Source: Eledone cirrhosa
Lineage: Eukaryota
Reading direction: 5' to 3'
Assembly: GCA_964016885.1 (NCBI GenBank)
Contig: OZ024758.1
Span: 9,052,001 to 9,116,000 of the forward strand
Length of the DNA stretch: 64,000 bases
Below, one piece after another: positions 13,452 through 27,135 of the stretch. The notes below the pieces were generated by a model that was not told the DNA's origin, did no database searches, and was given only the letters and a program-made list of their open reading frames with translations. The position numbers were made by a program, and so were the translations under genes. Position 1 is the stretch's first letter; each line of letters starts with the position of its first letter.

Positions 13452-14290
13452 ATCTAGGGCAGGTAACATTCCCAAGATCCATGGACGAGTTCTCTCCAGC
13501 GGTCTCTGTCTCTCATCATTGCTGCCATGTCCTGCATCTCCCAGAAACCAGTGTCTGTCCTTAGGGCATCAACATATGCCATCTTCGATCTCCCTCTTCC
13601 AGTGTGTCCATGTAAGGGGGCTCCCACAGGACCACTGAGTGCAGTGTCAACTCTGAATGTCAGTGAGCATGTCCAACTAACCTCAGTCTCCTCTGTGTTA
13701 CTTTTGAGCTGACTTTTGGGAGGCTCCCGTACAGCTCTGAATTCTTCATCCTCAGTGTATACTGAATAATGTTCAGAGCCATCCTCAACATTCTTGTGTA
13801 GCACCCTTCCACCATCTGAGTGAGTCTCTTGGTCAGTGTCCAAGTCCCAGACCCATACAGTAGCACAGACTCAACTGTAGCAATGAAGAGACGGATCTTC
13901 AGGTCTTTACGAAGGTCTCACTTCCACACCGACCTCAAACTGTAACACACGCCACCCAGGCTTTGCTCTTCGTTTCCACCACAACATCCTCTGTGTTCCC
14001 AATCTTTGCTACCAGAAAGAGGAAGTCCTCAACCAACTCTAGTGGCTTCCTGCCTGCCTACATTCATGATGTTCTCTACCAGCTACTTTGTCTTACTCTC
14101 ATTCATTCTCAGCCTCACACTCATCGACACAGTCTCCACCTCCTGCATCAACTCCTCTGCCTCCTTCACTATGTTTGTCACCAGAACTATGTCATCAGCA
14201 AATTGAGCATCTGATATCTTTTTAGCCTTAACTCTCTTGCACTGAGCCAGTGTTACAGTAAAGCCCGAGTCCTGGTGTTTCTCTGAGAGT
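13452..14290 (-). mobile_element. RTE-type non-LTR retrotransposon, 3' segment (RT C-terminal half to 3' end), degenerate
   Basis: Minus-strand translation gives KISDAQFADDIVLV (RT catalytic motif, ~14191-14202), LLYGSGTWTLTKRL..YTRMLRMALNI and GRGR..YVDAL..DRDRWR; ends against a (TACA/TATC)n microsatellite; stops and frameshifts present. Confidence 0.85.
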
Positions 14291-15335
14291 CACCTTCCTG
14301 GAGGCGAACTTGGTGGCAACCAACCTAAGGTTTAGGAAGAATTCAGGGAAGATGTGGACCTACATCTCTGATATGCACCTGTCCAAGTCCCAGATTGATT
14401 TCATTCTGGTGAGGAAGAAGTGGCGGAAAAGTGTTCTGAACACAGAACCATACAATTATTTCAGTACTCTGGGCATTGACCACCGACTTGTTATGAGTGA
14501 GGTCCGGGTGAGTTTAAGAAAGAGTAGGGCTCAACCCCAGAGAGGGATCTATGACTGGGGAGCTTTCAAGGAAGATGATAAGCTACAGGAGAGGCACACA
14601 GTAGAAGTGAGGAACAGGTTCAGTGCTCTAGGTGGAGAGATAGAGGAGAGAGAGATTGGAGGGACTGAGGAGAGTGTGATGAGTACATGTAGTTCACCAC
14701 TGCAGTGGTAGTAGCAAGTGAGACCCTGGTGCCGAGGAGAGAGAGGAAGAAAGTCAGCTCTGCAGACCCAACAGAATGTGCAGCCAGAGAACACCTGAGA
14801 GCTGCCAAGGACCAATTCCATGTTGATCCTATGAAGGAGAATGTGGAGGTAATGAAGGAAAAACTCTGTACCGCTTACACCGAGGCCAGAGAGGAGGCGC
14901 TGATAGAGAAGATCAGAAGTTTGGAGAGAGCGGTTGACAGGTCTAGGTGTAAAGAGAGCTGGATGTTCATCAATGAGATCACAAGAGTGGAAGAGAGGGA
15001 GTTCGAGTCAGATCCAGGGAACAGGGCCCGAGGATAGGAAGAGGAAATGGCTGGACCATTTTAAGACCCTACTAAGAGAGCCACCTTCCACAGCCCAGAA
15101 CACTGGGGAGATCAGACAGCTGTCTGAGGAACTGGATATTGAGACAGGACCCTTGCCAGAGAGGAGCTTCAGAGAGCTAAGAAGATCAAGGAGGGCAAGG
15201 CCCATGGAGAAGATGGAGTGGCATCAGAAGTGATGAAAATGTGTGATTTTGATGATATCATCCTGGAGTAACATTGTGCCAGTACCAAAGAAGGGACATC
15301 TCTCTAACACCAACAACTATGGTGAGATCTCTTGC
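14291..15335 (+). mobile_element. RTE-type LINE, inverted 5' segment (APE endonuclease C-terminus to RT N-terminus)
   Basis: LVATNLRF..WTY..SQIDFILVRKKW..DHRLV (APE motifs IDF and DH), linker, then NIVPVPKKGHLSNTNNYGEIS (RT domain 1); frameshifted. Confidence 0.85.
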
Positions 15336-18233
15336 CTTGGATTTAACGTCACACCATGCGTCTTTCAACATGGTGAGATGTGTTGGATTTATCCCTGGAT
15401 ATTGACAGCTATATTGTTTTATATACTATTTTTGCTTCTATATTTCTCTTAGAATGCTGAGACTATACCTCTGAGGAGTATTCTGAGTCTCCTGTAGTTT
15501 AATTATAATTGATAGTTGGCAATCAATAACTGATTACACACATTGATTTTAAATTACAGTTTACTGAATACGAAATAGTGTATAGGGTCTCTGCTGATTC
15601 CATCTAGAGTACATATTCCTCTCTGTAATATGTATTTAGTATATACACAATATATTGTCAATTCTCTATGATATATGGTATATAAACAAAAGAAATGAGC
15701 AATCAGTATTTTTTTTAAATTTTATATTTATTTATATAATTGTGTTATTACTTAACTTTTTCATTACCATATTTCTAATATAATACAATGTACATAATTT
15801 TCAAATAATTTTGACAAAAATAAAGTTGACCTGAGCGGGATTTGAACTCAGAGAGCAGAGGGCAGAAACAAATACTGCAAAGCATTCTATCCAATGTTTT
15901 GAGGACTCGCCACCTTAAATATAAACACTTTAAAATAAACAGTTTTGTATCATTTAACCAGGAATGGTTTGGTATGAAAAGAGTTAAGGTTTTCACAGAA
16001 GAGTATTTTCTTGCAGAGAAAAAAATTCAAGCAATGTGAATTCAAAGTCAAACTGTTTATCCAAACAAACAAAATTTATATTCCCCTGTGTATTACATGT
16101 TTCTTATATATAAATATATATTCATATGTTATTGATAAATGGAGTTTTTACTGCATACTACATGTGTCTCAGTGTCTATGACTGTGAAAACTTTAACTCT
16201 TTTCATACCAAACCACTCCTGGTTCTATGATACAAACTGTTTATTTATTTAAAGCGGTGAATTGGTAGTGTCTTTAGAACGTCAGATAGAATACTTTGTA
16301 GTATATATTTCAGCTCTCTGCTTTCTGAGTTCAAATCCCACCAAGGTCAACTTTGTTTCATCCATTTGAAGTTGATAAAAAAGTACCATTTATCAATAGT
16401 AGATTGCCTGAGAAACTTCTGGTACACAGAAAAAACTCCATTTGTCATTACTATAAAGATATATATATATGAGAGAAAGATGGATGTAGAAATGGAAGAA
16501 ATAGAACAGGTTATATGTTTTGTCGTGTTTATATTTATTTGGTTCTATAAATAATTTGATTTTAATTACCTTATTTAAAGATTCTGTCTTAAACTGTCTA
16601 TGCATATAAACAGCCGTGAGGTTAAGAATTTTGTTTCACAACCATGTGGTTCTGAGTTTGATCTCACTGAGTATCACTTTGAGCAAGAGTCTACCACTGT
16701 AGCCATAGGTTGACTAATAACTTGTGAATGGAAATGTGTTGGCCAGAAACTGTTTGAATGCCTTTCATATATTTATTTGTGTCCATGTCTATTTTTATGT
16801 TTACACCATATTTGTTTGCACTGTTGTGTTTATCCTTTTAAATTGTGTCCTTTTAAATTCTGTAACTTTGCAGTTCAACAAATCAAGGTTGATAAAATAA
16901 GGTCCATGCTGATTTAAGTACTTGGATCAGCATGATTGACTAAGCCTTTGACTGCAGTACAGTAGTAAAGCTTTATTACTATGACTGAAGCCAATAAAAG
17001 AACAAAAATAATACATTATGTTTATCTCCATTTTCTAAAAAAAAGTCTGTCTCAAGGCCAAAGGTTAATTAGGCCAGGGCTTATCCCAATTTCGATGGTA
17101 TTAAGTGACTGAGAATACAAGACTCCTCCAGGACATGACCATCACAAGATTAAAGTCTGTCTCGCACCCAAAGGCTCATGAGGCCAGTGCTTATCCCAAT
17201 TTCAATGGTGTTAAGCAATTAAGAGTACAAGACTCCCTGCTGGACCATCGCAGGGTTAATTAAACCCCCAGTTAATTTTCAGCTGATTATACTGAAGCAA
17301 TATGAAATGAAGTGTTTTGCTCAAGAACACAACACATAACCGAGTCCAAGAATTGAACCTATGGCTTATGATTGTAAGTTCAACAGCTTTACCACTAGGC
17401 CACATGCCTCCATGCAGAAGACTTGGATGCTGCTAGTAATGCCACTGAGGGGCTTCGTTTAGATATCTATTTTCCAGACAGATACAGACTTCACCTGGTC
17501 ACATACATAACATGCAGAATCTAGTTTAACCCTTTTGATACCATATTTCTAATATAAGGAACTGCTTATGATGTTTAAATAATTTTGAAAATAATTGAGA
17601 ATTTGAAAGAACTTATTAATTTCTCATCATTAAGCTGATATTTGGAACATAACTTAACAAAAGATCTTACATAAAATTATGATGGAAAGTTTTTAGATAA
17701 ATGTAAACATTTTATAACAAATGGTTATGTATCAGGGAGCAAGGGGCAGTTTTAGGTGGTATGGAAATGGTTAAGACACAAACAACAATTTTCCATATAT
17801 AAAGTTTGTATGATAGTTGCATACACTGAAATATAAAACTCATTTCAATTTACATGCTCCTGTACTGGGGTTCATTTATGTACACCACCCAGCACACTCT
17901 GCAATGAGGTAGTGCTGGTGCCACGATAAAATGCTTCCAGTACATGCCGTAAAGTGGTTGGCGGTAGGAAGGACATATCATCATCATCATCATCATCATC
18001 ATCATCGTTTAACGTCTATCTTCCACGCTAGCATGGGTTGGACGGTTGTAGAAACCATGCCAAAAATGGAATGTATGAGCTAAACCTGATCACCTGAGTG
18101 GTCTAGCTTTAGAATGTGACAGCCTGTCTAACCCATGGAAAATAGACATTAAGTGGTGATGATGATGATGATGATGTTTATTTTGTTGTTGGTTGAATAA
18201 CTAAAGTCAGCTCCAATTAAGTAGACTTATGAC

Positions 18234-18419
18234 TAGGGCTGGATTAAGTTTTTTTGAAGATCAAAGCACTTAAAAGGTTATGGTACCCCCCCCAATATAA
18301 AGTCTGTTGAAAAGAATTTCAGGAATAACAAATACATTTAATTTGAATAAAACCGTACCCATCTTCCGCCCGATGCCCTCAGCATGTGTTTATTTTGCTA
18401 AATACTTAATCCAGCCCTG
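18234..18419. mobile_element. hAT-like MITE
   Basis: TIRs agggctggattaagt / acttaatccagccct. Confidence 0.55.
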
Positions 18420-19127
18420 TCTGTGACATGTGAAAATGTTTTACCTCATGCTTATGGTGTTGTGGATTCAATCCCCAGATTGAATGTGCATTGTGACCTT
18501 GAGCAAGTATTTCATTTCACATTGCTTCAGTCCACTTGGCTGAGGATTAACCTTCCAACGGTTGCTGAATGTTACATGAAACTGGTATCAACTCCAGCCT
18601 GGTGAGCCTCTAGGCTTAAGAGAAAGACTTTCATCATCATCATCATCATCATCATCATTTAACAATCTGCTTTCCCTGCTAGCAAGGGTTGGATGGGTCT
18701 ACATAGACCAAGTCAGTACTAAAGCAGGGCTACTGATCTCCCAGACAGGCTAGAGGTATGTTATCTTGCTAAAGTACAGTTTCACATTCTACCGAGTGCA
18801 TAGCAGAGTTTCATCATCATTTAACAATCTGCTTTCCTTACTATCAAAGGTTGGATGGATCTCCATAGACCGAGTCAGTACTGAAGTGGATCTATTGATC
18901 TCCCAGACAGGTTGGGTGGGATGTCTGCATCTCATGTATATATGGTCTTTGCTTTACCATAGGTTAAATGGGATGTAATGTTCTGATGCTTGACTGGTTA
19001 GGTGACCACATCTTTTCCTCAAGACTCCAGTATTATTTCCAGTCTTTACAGGGTGCACTGTAAATATTTCATCATGACTCTGGCACTATCACCTTACAGC
19101 ATGGACAGTGTTTTTTTAAGTAGCTTT

Positions 19128-20672
19128 AGCACTACCACCTTACAGGGTGGACTGGGTGTTTTTTGTCATAGTACCAGCACTACCACCTTACAGGGTGGAC
19201 TGGGTGTTTTTTGTCATAGTACCAGCACTACCACCTTACAGGGTGAACTGGGTGATTTTGTCATGGTACCAGCATTACCACCTTACAGGGTGGACTGGGT
19301 GATTTTGTCATGGTACCAGCACTACCACCTTACAGGGTGGACTGGGTGATTTTGTCATGGTACCAGCACTACCACCTTACAGGGTGGACCGGGTGATTTT
19401 GTCATGGTACCAGCACTACCACCTTACAGGGTGGACCGGGTGATTTTGTCATGGTACCAGCACTACCACCTTACAGGGTGGACCGGGTGATTTTGTCATG
19501 GTACCAGCACTACCATCTTACAGTGTGGACTGGGTGATTTTGTCATGGTACCAGCACTACCACCTTACAGGGTGGACTGGGTGATTTTGTCATAGTACCA
19601 GCATTACCACCTTACAGGGTGGACTGGGTGATTTTGTCATGGTACCAGCACTACCACCTTACAGGGTGGACTGGGTGATTTTGTCATGGTACCAGCACTA
19701 CCACCTTACAGGATGGACTGGGTGATTTTGTCATAGTACCAGCATTACCACCTTACAGGGTGGACTGGGTGATTTTGTCATGGTACCAGCACTACCACCT
19801 TACAGGGTGGACTGGGTGATTTTGTCATGGTACCAGCACTACCACCTTACAGGGTGGACTGGGTGATTTTGTCATGGTACCAGCACTACCACCTTACAGG
19901 GTGGACTGGGTGATTTTTGTCATGGTACCAGCACTACCACCTTACAGGGTGGACTGGGTGATTTTGTCATGGTACCAGCACTACCACCTTACAGGGTGGA
20001 CTGGGTGATTTTGTCATGGTACCAGCACTACCACCTTACAGGGTGGACTGGGTGATTTTGTCATGGTACCAGCACTACCACCTTACAGGGTGGACTGGGT
20101 GATTTTGTCATGGTACCAGCACTACCACCTTACAGGGTGGACTGGGTGATTTTGTCATGGTACCAGCACTACCACCTTACAGGGTGGACTGGGTGATTTT
20201 GTCATGGTACCAGCACTACCACCTTACAGGGTGGACTGGGTGATTTTGTCATGGTACCAGCACTACCACCTTACAGGGTGGACTGGGTGATTTTGTCATG
20301 GTACCAGCACTACCACCTTACAGGGTGGACTGGGTGATTTTTGTCATGGTACCAGCACTACCACCTTACAGGGTGGACTGGGTGATTTTGTCATAGTACC
20401 AGCATTACCACCTTACAGGGTGGACTGGGTGATTTTGTCATGGTACCAGCACTACCACCTTACAGGGTGGACTGGGTGATTTTTGTCATGGTACCAGCAC
20501 TACCACCTTACAGGGTGGACTGGGTGATTTTGTCATAGTACCAGCACTACCACCTTACAGAGTGGACTGGGTGATTTTGTCATGGTACCAGCACTACCAC
20601 TTTACAGGGTGGACTGGGTGATTTTGTCATGGTACCAGCACTACTACCTCACAGGGTGGACTGGGTGATTTT
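19128..20672. repeat. 47-bp minisatellite, ~33 copies
   Basis: Unit accagcactaccaccttacagggtggactgggtgattttgtcatggt; period checked (19691 to 19738); no spacers. Confidence 0.97.
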
Positions 20673-23600
20673 TTTTATCGTACATTTGTTTGTTTTGGCC
20701 TTCATAACTAAAGTGACGCAAGTGGCTATGTTGTTTTTGGGGTGCTACTGCCCTCTTTGATATGGTAGGGACTTTGTTGGTAGGTTGAACATTAGATGTT
20801 CCCTGTTCCCTTGGCATGTGGATTCATCTGTTTTGAGACATTTGATTGTCATATGATAACATGTGTACAACTCTGACATTTTGATGACTTAGCTGCTTGT
20901 TCCTTATGTTTATCATCATCATCATCACTGTTAAACGTTTATTGTCCATGTTGGCATGGGTTAGACAGGTTGTCATGTTCTGAGGCGGGTCAGAAGACTG
21001 CATGTTACTCATGTGATCCATCGTTTCTACAGCTGTATATGCTCTTCCTAAAGCCAACCACTTCATGACACATACCAGGTGCTTTTATCATGGCACCATC
21101 AGTACCACCTGACCGGGTGGACCAGGGGATTTTTTATCATAGAACCAGCACTACCACTTTACACTGTGGGCTGAGTGCATTTTATTGTGGTACTAGCGCT
21201 GCCACTTTTCAACACTAGGGCACCTGTGTCATCTTTGTCCAGGTTGGGAAGGCAGTAATAGGTGCAGGAAGGGTAGAAATGATGATGGTGGTGGTAATTG
21301 CAGTCCATTGTATAGTTACATCCATCTTTCCAAACTGGTATGGGTTGGGGTGTGTGTGGATAGTGAGGATCAGAAGCATATTGGTGGTTGGGGGACTAAA
21401 AATATTGTTACACCTGTCTATTTATGCTTGTCCTGCTCATGAGGGAAGGCAAGTCTTCAATGGTATGTCATATTGTCAACTCGATCCTGTGTTATCTCCT
21501 TCGTAAAGTCAACCATCACCAACTTTTCCCCTCTTCACTAAATTAGGTTCATCATAGCAGCTGTAATAACTCCTTAGTGGGATATACTTGAGGAGTCTTA
21601 TCTGTGATCTGTACACTATATAGCATTGGGAAGAAACAGGTCAAAGGCATTGCTAGGTGTGTACATTAGAGATGATTAGATTAGTATTAGTATAGTTCAT
21701 AGGCTGGCTAAGATACTCTCATGGAATGACCAAATGAGGTTTATTTTTCAACATAGTCCCGAGAAAGAGACAGTGCAGTTATTAATAAGAAGGGTTGAAA
21801 TTAATGCATGGATTATTTCACAGCTCTAGCATCACTCCTTCATAGTCAGCCTATGAACTTTTCAGCCGATCCTCGCATGTATTGCTAATTAATGCTACAC
21901 TTTGAGTGCAAATGTACTGTGAATTTGTAGTGGAAGCTATTTATTGTTGTAGGAGAAATATTTAGGATTGACTAAAGAACATGCTAAAGGAAGATTAAAA
22001 CAAGTAGAATAACACAAAGGACACCATATTATAATCTAAAGCAACAACAGTGTTGTATTAGATTTTTTACAGAGTGAGGTTGGTGTTCAGTTTAAATTAC
22101 TGCCGGTAAAATATTGACTGAGGATATTCCAGCAGGTTACTAGAAATAGTCAGCGAAATGGCAGAGTTGCTAGAACCTAAGGTAGAATGCTTTGTGGTAT
22201 TCTTTCCAGCTTAGCCCTCTCTCAGTTCAAATCCTGTCAAGGTCAATAAAAAAGTACCTGTCTAGTACTGGAGTTGATTCTTCCCCTATATCCCTTTCTT
22301 CCTTATTGTCTCTAGCACTCTTTATCCTTCTTTGGAAGAAATTTGCTGTATTCAGACCTGGGAAGGAGATGGACTCTGTCAGGTTTAAAACTGCCCTAAG
22401 AAATGCTGTATGTCAATATGGCACTCCTACGACTGACTCACTTGGAAGTAAGGGACCATACATTCAAGAGATAAAAGTTCTTGGTAGGTTTATAATAATT
22501 AGCTTTCTTGTTTGAAGGAAGATATTGATAGATATTGGTAATGTCAGTGGGTTGATGGTTGTAATGGTAGTCAGTGCAGGTTTACTTGTGAGGTGGGTGG
22601 AGTGTTTCATTCTTAAATTTAGTCGAGAATACCTTCTTGTGTAACAGCTGTTTTAGTCCCAGATATGATACGTGAGCAGTGCTCTAATGTAGAGAAGAAT
22701 TGTGCTTTTTTTATCAACAGCTGTTCAAAGTTTGAATTAATTTCTGGCTTTGGGGAAAAGGCTTTTCCTTCCTTTGAGATGCAGTTTTGACTGTTATAGA
22801 TATGTGGAATCATTAGAGACTGTGAAGTGTAGCATTTCTGGGGTTTATGTAGGTTTTAGTTGTGACTTGTCCAAAAGAGAATAGTGTTGTTGTGTTCTTG
22901 ATATGTCTAGTGACTGTGTTTAGGTTCTGTTGAAGGAGACCAGATCGTTTTTAAGGTTTTCTTTCTATGTTTGGCCTGGGGTGTTTTGGTTTTATGTTTG
23001 AAATAATATATATGAGGGTTGACTGAAAAGTTATAAGCTGACCAAGATACTCTTATGGAATGACCAAATGAGGTTTATTTTCCAACATAGTCCCTAGAAA
23101 GAAACAATACAATCTTTCACTCTCTCTATATCCTCTGAAAGAAATCTGCTGTATTCAGACCTAGAGAGGATTGGGCTCTGCCAGGTTTAGAAATACCCTA
23201 AAAATGCTGTATATCAATATGGCCTTCCTACGACTCCCTTGGGAGTTATGGGACCATACATGCATTAATACATTTGCCTTGTAGCAGTCTTCTTACAACT
23301 AAGAAAAATTTCCATCTTCTACTAAGATGGAAAATGTCAAATTTTGCAAACATAGTTTACCATTCTGTTGACTTTGTCTTTTGTTGTTTATAATATGTTT
23401 TGATGGTCACAGAGAGGGGCAAGTGGTTAAGATGATTGTTTTGTGGTTTGTAGTGAGGTTTCTGATGTGATCCCATTGCATGACATCTTGTATGAGCTTA
23501 ACCCAAACTTTTGTGGCTGAAATTGGGTAGGTGGAAACTGTCTGGAGGCCTGTTGGGATAATGATGTGAAAGGAAGTTGAAGGGGAGGCATGACTTAATA

Positions 23601-24256
23601 GGAATGCAAGCCTGAAGCCTTGAATTCCAAGTACCTATTAAGTCATGCCTCCTCATCCTTCCACATCATTATCCCCTTCCTCCTACTCCTCCCCCTGGTC
23701 CACATGTCTTTGAAATACTCAATTATTTACACATTAATTTCATGCGTAGGTGGTCCAGTTGATCAAATTATAGAGTGCTCATTGTTGAAATCAAAGGAAA
23801 AAATCAATCATTCACTGTGTATTGATCAGACATCCTCAGTTGCTCTATTTCTATATACATACATGTATTAGTTACTTGGATTAGAACATTACTCATCATC
23901 ATCATCATCATTTAACGTCCATTTTCCACACTCTCATGGCTTAGACGGGCTGTCATGTTATGAAACAAAATCAGGTCCAGAGACCCATATCATGCTCATA
24001 CAGATCTATATTTTGGCTGGATGCCCTTCCTAACGCCAACCACGTTACAGTGTGGACTGGTTGCTTTTTAATTTTCATGCAGATACTTATTGCTCTTATC
24101 TGCTATATTAGACCTGAAGTTGGTTTCAGAAAGCACCAAATCAGTTATTGTACCACTAAAAAGATAAAGTCAACATCTTATGTGGTTCCTTCCACATTTG
24201 ATTTTACTGTATGGCTGTAGGTGGGATTTGGTGGATAGTGACTATGTTGAAGCTTG

Positions 24257-24305
<49 letters not shown>

Positions 24306-27023
24306 GTGCATAGCAGCAAGAGTGAGAGAACTAAGAAAGCTGATGCTTTATTTATAAATGCGAGTACCTTGAGATATTTGTTCCATATCAAGTTACAGAC
24401 ACTTCCTTGTTACTCTTGCTGTTAATATTGCAGTGAACCAAATATTGGCCCCATTGGAAACCTGTAACCAACAATGTTATAATTCACAAATTTCAATATA
24501 AAATAAAGATAACTTATCAAAACATTGCAGACATGATGTAACAATTAGTAATTTTAGTTAGATTCCAGGAAAACAGAAGATATGACATGGAGATAGTCAA
24601 GTGGTTATTAGTAACCTATGCAAGCAGAGAAAAGCGGAAGTAAAATGATGATGATGATGATGATGATGTAAACAAAATCATTTTGTGGTTGCTATGTATG
24701 AATATTTTTATTATGAAGTCAGTAACCAAACTGGCTTTATCAGTGATTATAGTATATAGATTGCTTTTCAGAATTAACCCTTTCTATACAATATTTCTTA
24801 TAATATACTCTGTATTTCAATGAATTAACGAAGAATTTGGATTTGGAAGAACTTACTGAAATTATTCTTTATTTCATTATTTATTTCATACAGAAATGAC
24901 TTCTACAGGACTAGAACTGTTTCATTCATTTGACATCACAAAGGAAATACTTCCAGTACTGTAGAAGTCATTTCTATATGAAATAAATAAGTACCTTTTC
25001 TATTAATGTATTGAGTACCTTATTTAACTGTGGTTGCCTTCTGTTCCTCTTTGGAAAACCATTTTTAATTATATATTTCATTATTAAAATAGTATTTGTA
25101 ACATAACTTAAGAAAAGGGTTTTATTCAAATTATGTTGGAAGATTTTGATCTAATAAAATAAAGCTTTTAAAATGGCTGGTTTCATACAACAAGAGGCAG
25201 GTTGGTAGCAAAAGAGTTAAAGTATTATAGAAGTTTGTGGAAAATTTGTAAAAGTCCTAGTATTTCATTTTCTGTAACTGTAGGATAGTTGTTATTTAGC
25301 CCCAAGTTAGCTCTAATCCAGTTGACCTATGACCCAAGGTATTTCAGCTGTTGCTTTCTAAGCTGCTCTGATGCCATTGCTGCAAAGTATCCTCTTAGAC
25401 AAGCCAACAGGGTAGCCTCTATATAGTCACTTGATCTGCTAGAAATAGCAGGCAAATATTCTTAAAATCATGTCCTACCATCTTAAAAAATAATATTGTG
25501 GATGTGGCTTCCCTGCATATAGGAAAAAAATGGGATGGTCACAGCTGGAATGTCTTTGATCATATAACTGCTTAGTCAGGACTGATCTTGGGCTAAATAA
25601 TAGCAATAACAACCACACTCCTAGAATAATAGAAAGTGAAATGATTCTATAAAGTGATTAGATATTTCTTGTAAATATTGAACAAACCTGTAATTAATTC
25701 AAAACTTTCAATAGCTATGAAGGTGATGCTTTTTTTCTTGATGCTGGGAACATTATGGCCAAATGATTAAGGGGTTCGGTTTGCAATCATTAGGCCCCAG
25801 GTTCAATCCCAGTTAAACTGGGTAGATGGAATCAGTTCAGAAACCCTTTGAATGGACTGTACCTGTAATTCAAAGGGCCAGCCATGACACATTGGATCTA
25901 ATTGTGAATTATGTTAAGGGTACATGTGTCTATGGAATGCTGAGTCACTTACATGCTACTTTCATGAGCAGGCTGTTCCATTGGTTCAACAACAGTCATC
26001 ATCAAAACCACCAGAGGTCCATTCCATTTCTTCCTTTTCTAGATGAGGAGTTGAGTGAATTATTGGCTGAAGATGAAATAATTGATATTGTTTTGCTAAG
26101 AAATGGTGCTGGATATAAAGTTAGTGATATGTGGCCAAACTATTTCCAAAACAATACAATTTGCTCTCTGGTGTTGGTGACCTACACAATAAATGCACCC
26201 CCAGTCCACTCTGTAAGGTTGTTGGTGATAGGAAGAGCATCCAGCCACAAATAAAGGGTCAGGAGGACACATCAACTATCTCAGGGGCATAACAACCTTC
26301 CTAGTGCTGGTGCCATGATAAAATACACTTAGTAGAGCACAGGAACTTATGTGAGATGCTGGGCCCCTGCCTGTCTAGCACTCTGCAGCTATACTTGAGT
26401 ATTGGTTTGGTCTGTGACAACCCATCCGACCCTTCCTAGCAGGGAAAACAGATGTTAAATGATGATGATGATGATGATGATGATGATGGCAAAGCATTTT
26501 GTAATTAGTGTTATTGTATCTCCTGTAGAAATCATCTTTACTGTTCTTCTCTCGGTGATTGATAAAATAAATACCAGTAAAATACTACGGTTAATACAAG
26601 GGTCTGGACATTTGTCACCACACAAGAAGTCCTTTGTTTTTTCATATTGTTTTGGAGTTTAGATATTGTCAAAAGGGGAAATGGTATATAGTTGTATAGA
26701 AGTTCAGAACAAACTTTGGTGTCACCTATGTTCTCTTCTCATTAGTTGTTTTTATTTAAGGTTAACCTTTCTTCATGTTAAAACTAGGGCTTCATTCATA
26801 TAGATTTCTTTTCTTTGTATTAATTTATTTTTCTGTTACTTTCAGTTTTGATAGAACTATTAACTCCAAATTCTTTTTCTTTCCCTTCCTTAACTGTCTC
26901 TTATGTTCTTAAATGTCCCAATAGTAACAGCTGTTCATCTTAGTTGTTAGTTCTGTCATTTGGTAGCAATTTCTTATTTTAACTGCTTCATTTATTTATT
27001 TTACCTATATTTTTTTTTAACAG

Positions 27024-27135
27024 GCGGGCTCACATGAAGGAATGTTTCGATGGTCTTCGTAACCAAATACCTCCTTCAGAGGACAAAAAGAACTCCAATC
27101 TGAGTATATTACGAAGTGCTCTCCGATATATACAG
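27024..27135 (+). CDS. Mnt: Mnt coding exon 4 (helix-loop-helix)
   Basis: T-tract and AACAG| then (R)RAHMKECFDGLRNQIPPSEDKKNSNLSILRSALRYIQ; donor CAG|GTAATT, phase 0. Matches the MNT HLH (RAHLKECF...KKTSNLSVLRTALRYIQ). Confidence 0.96.

Noticed and set aside
19128-20672. CRISPR-like array
   Set aside because: Head-to-tail units with no unique spacers and no cas genes, inside a eukaryotic intron.
25826-26254. 142-aa ORF
   Set aside because: Stitched from SINE-like pieces (similar sequence at ~29040-29230); no domain recognised.
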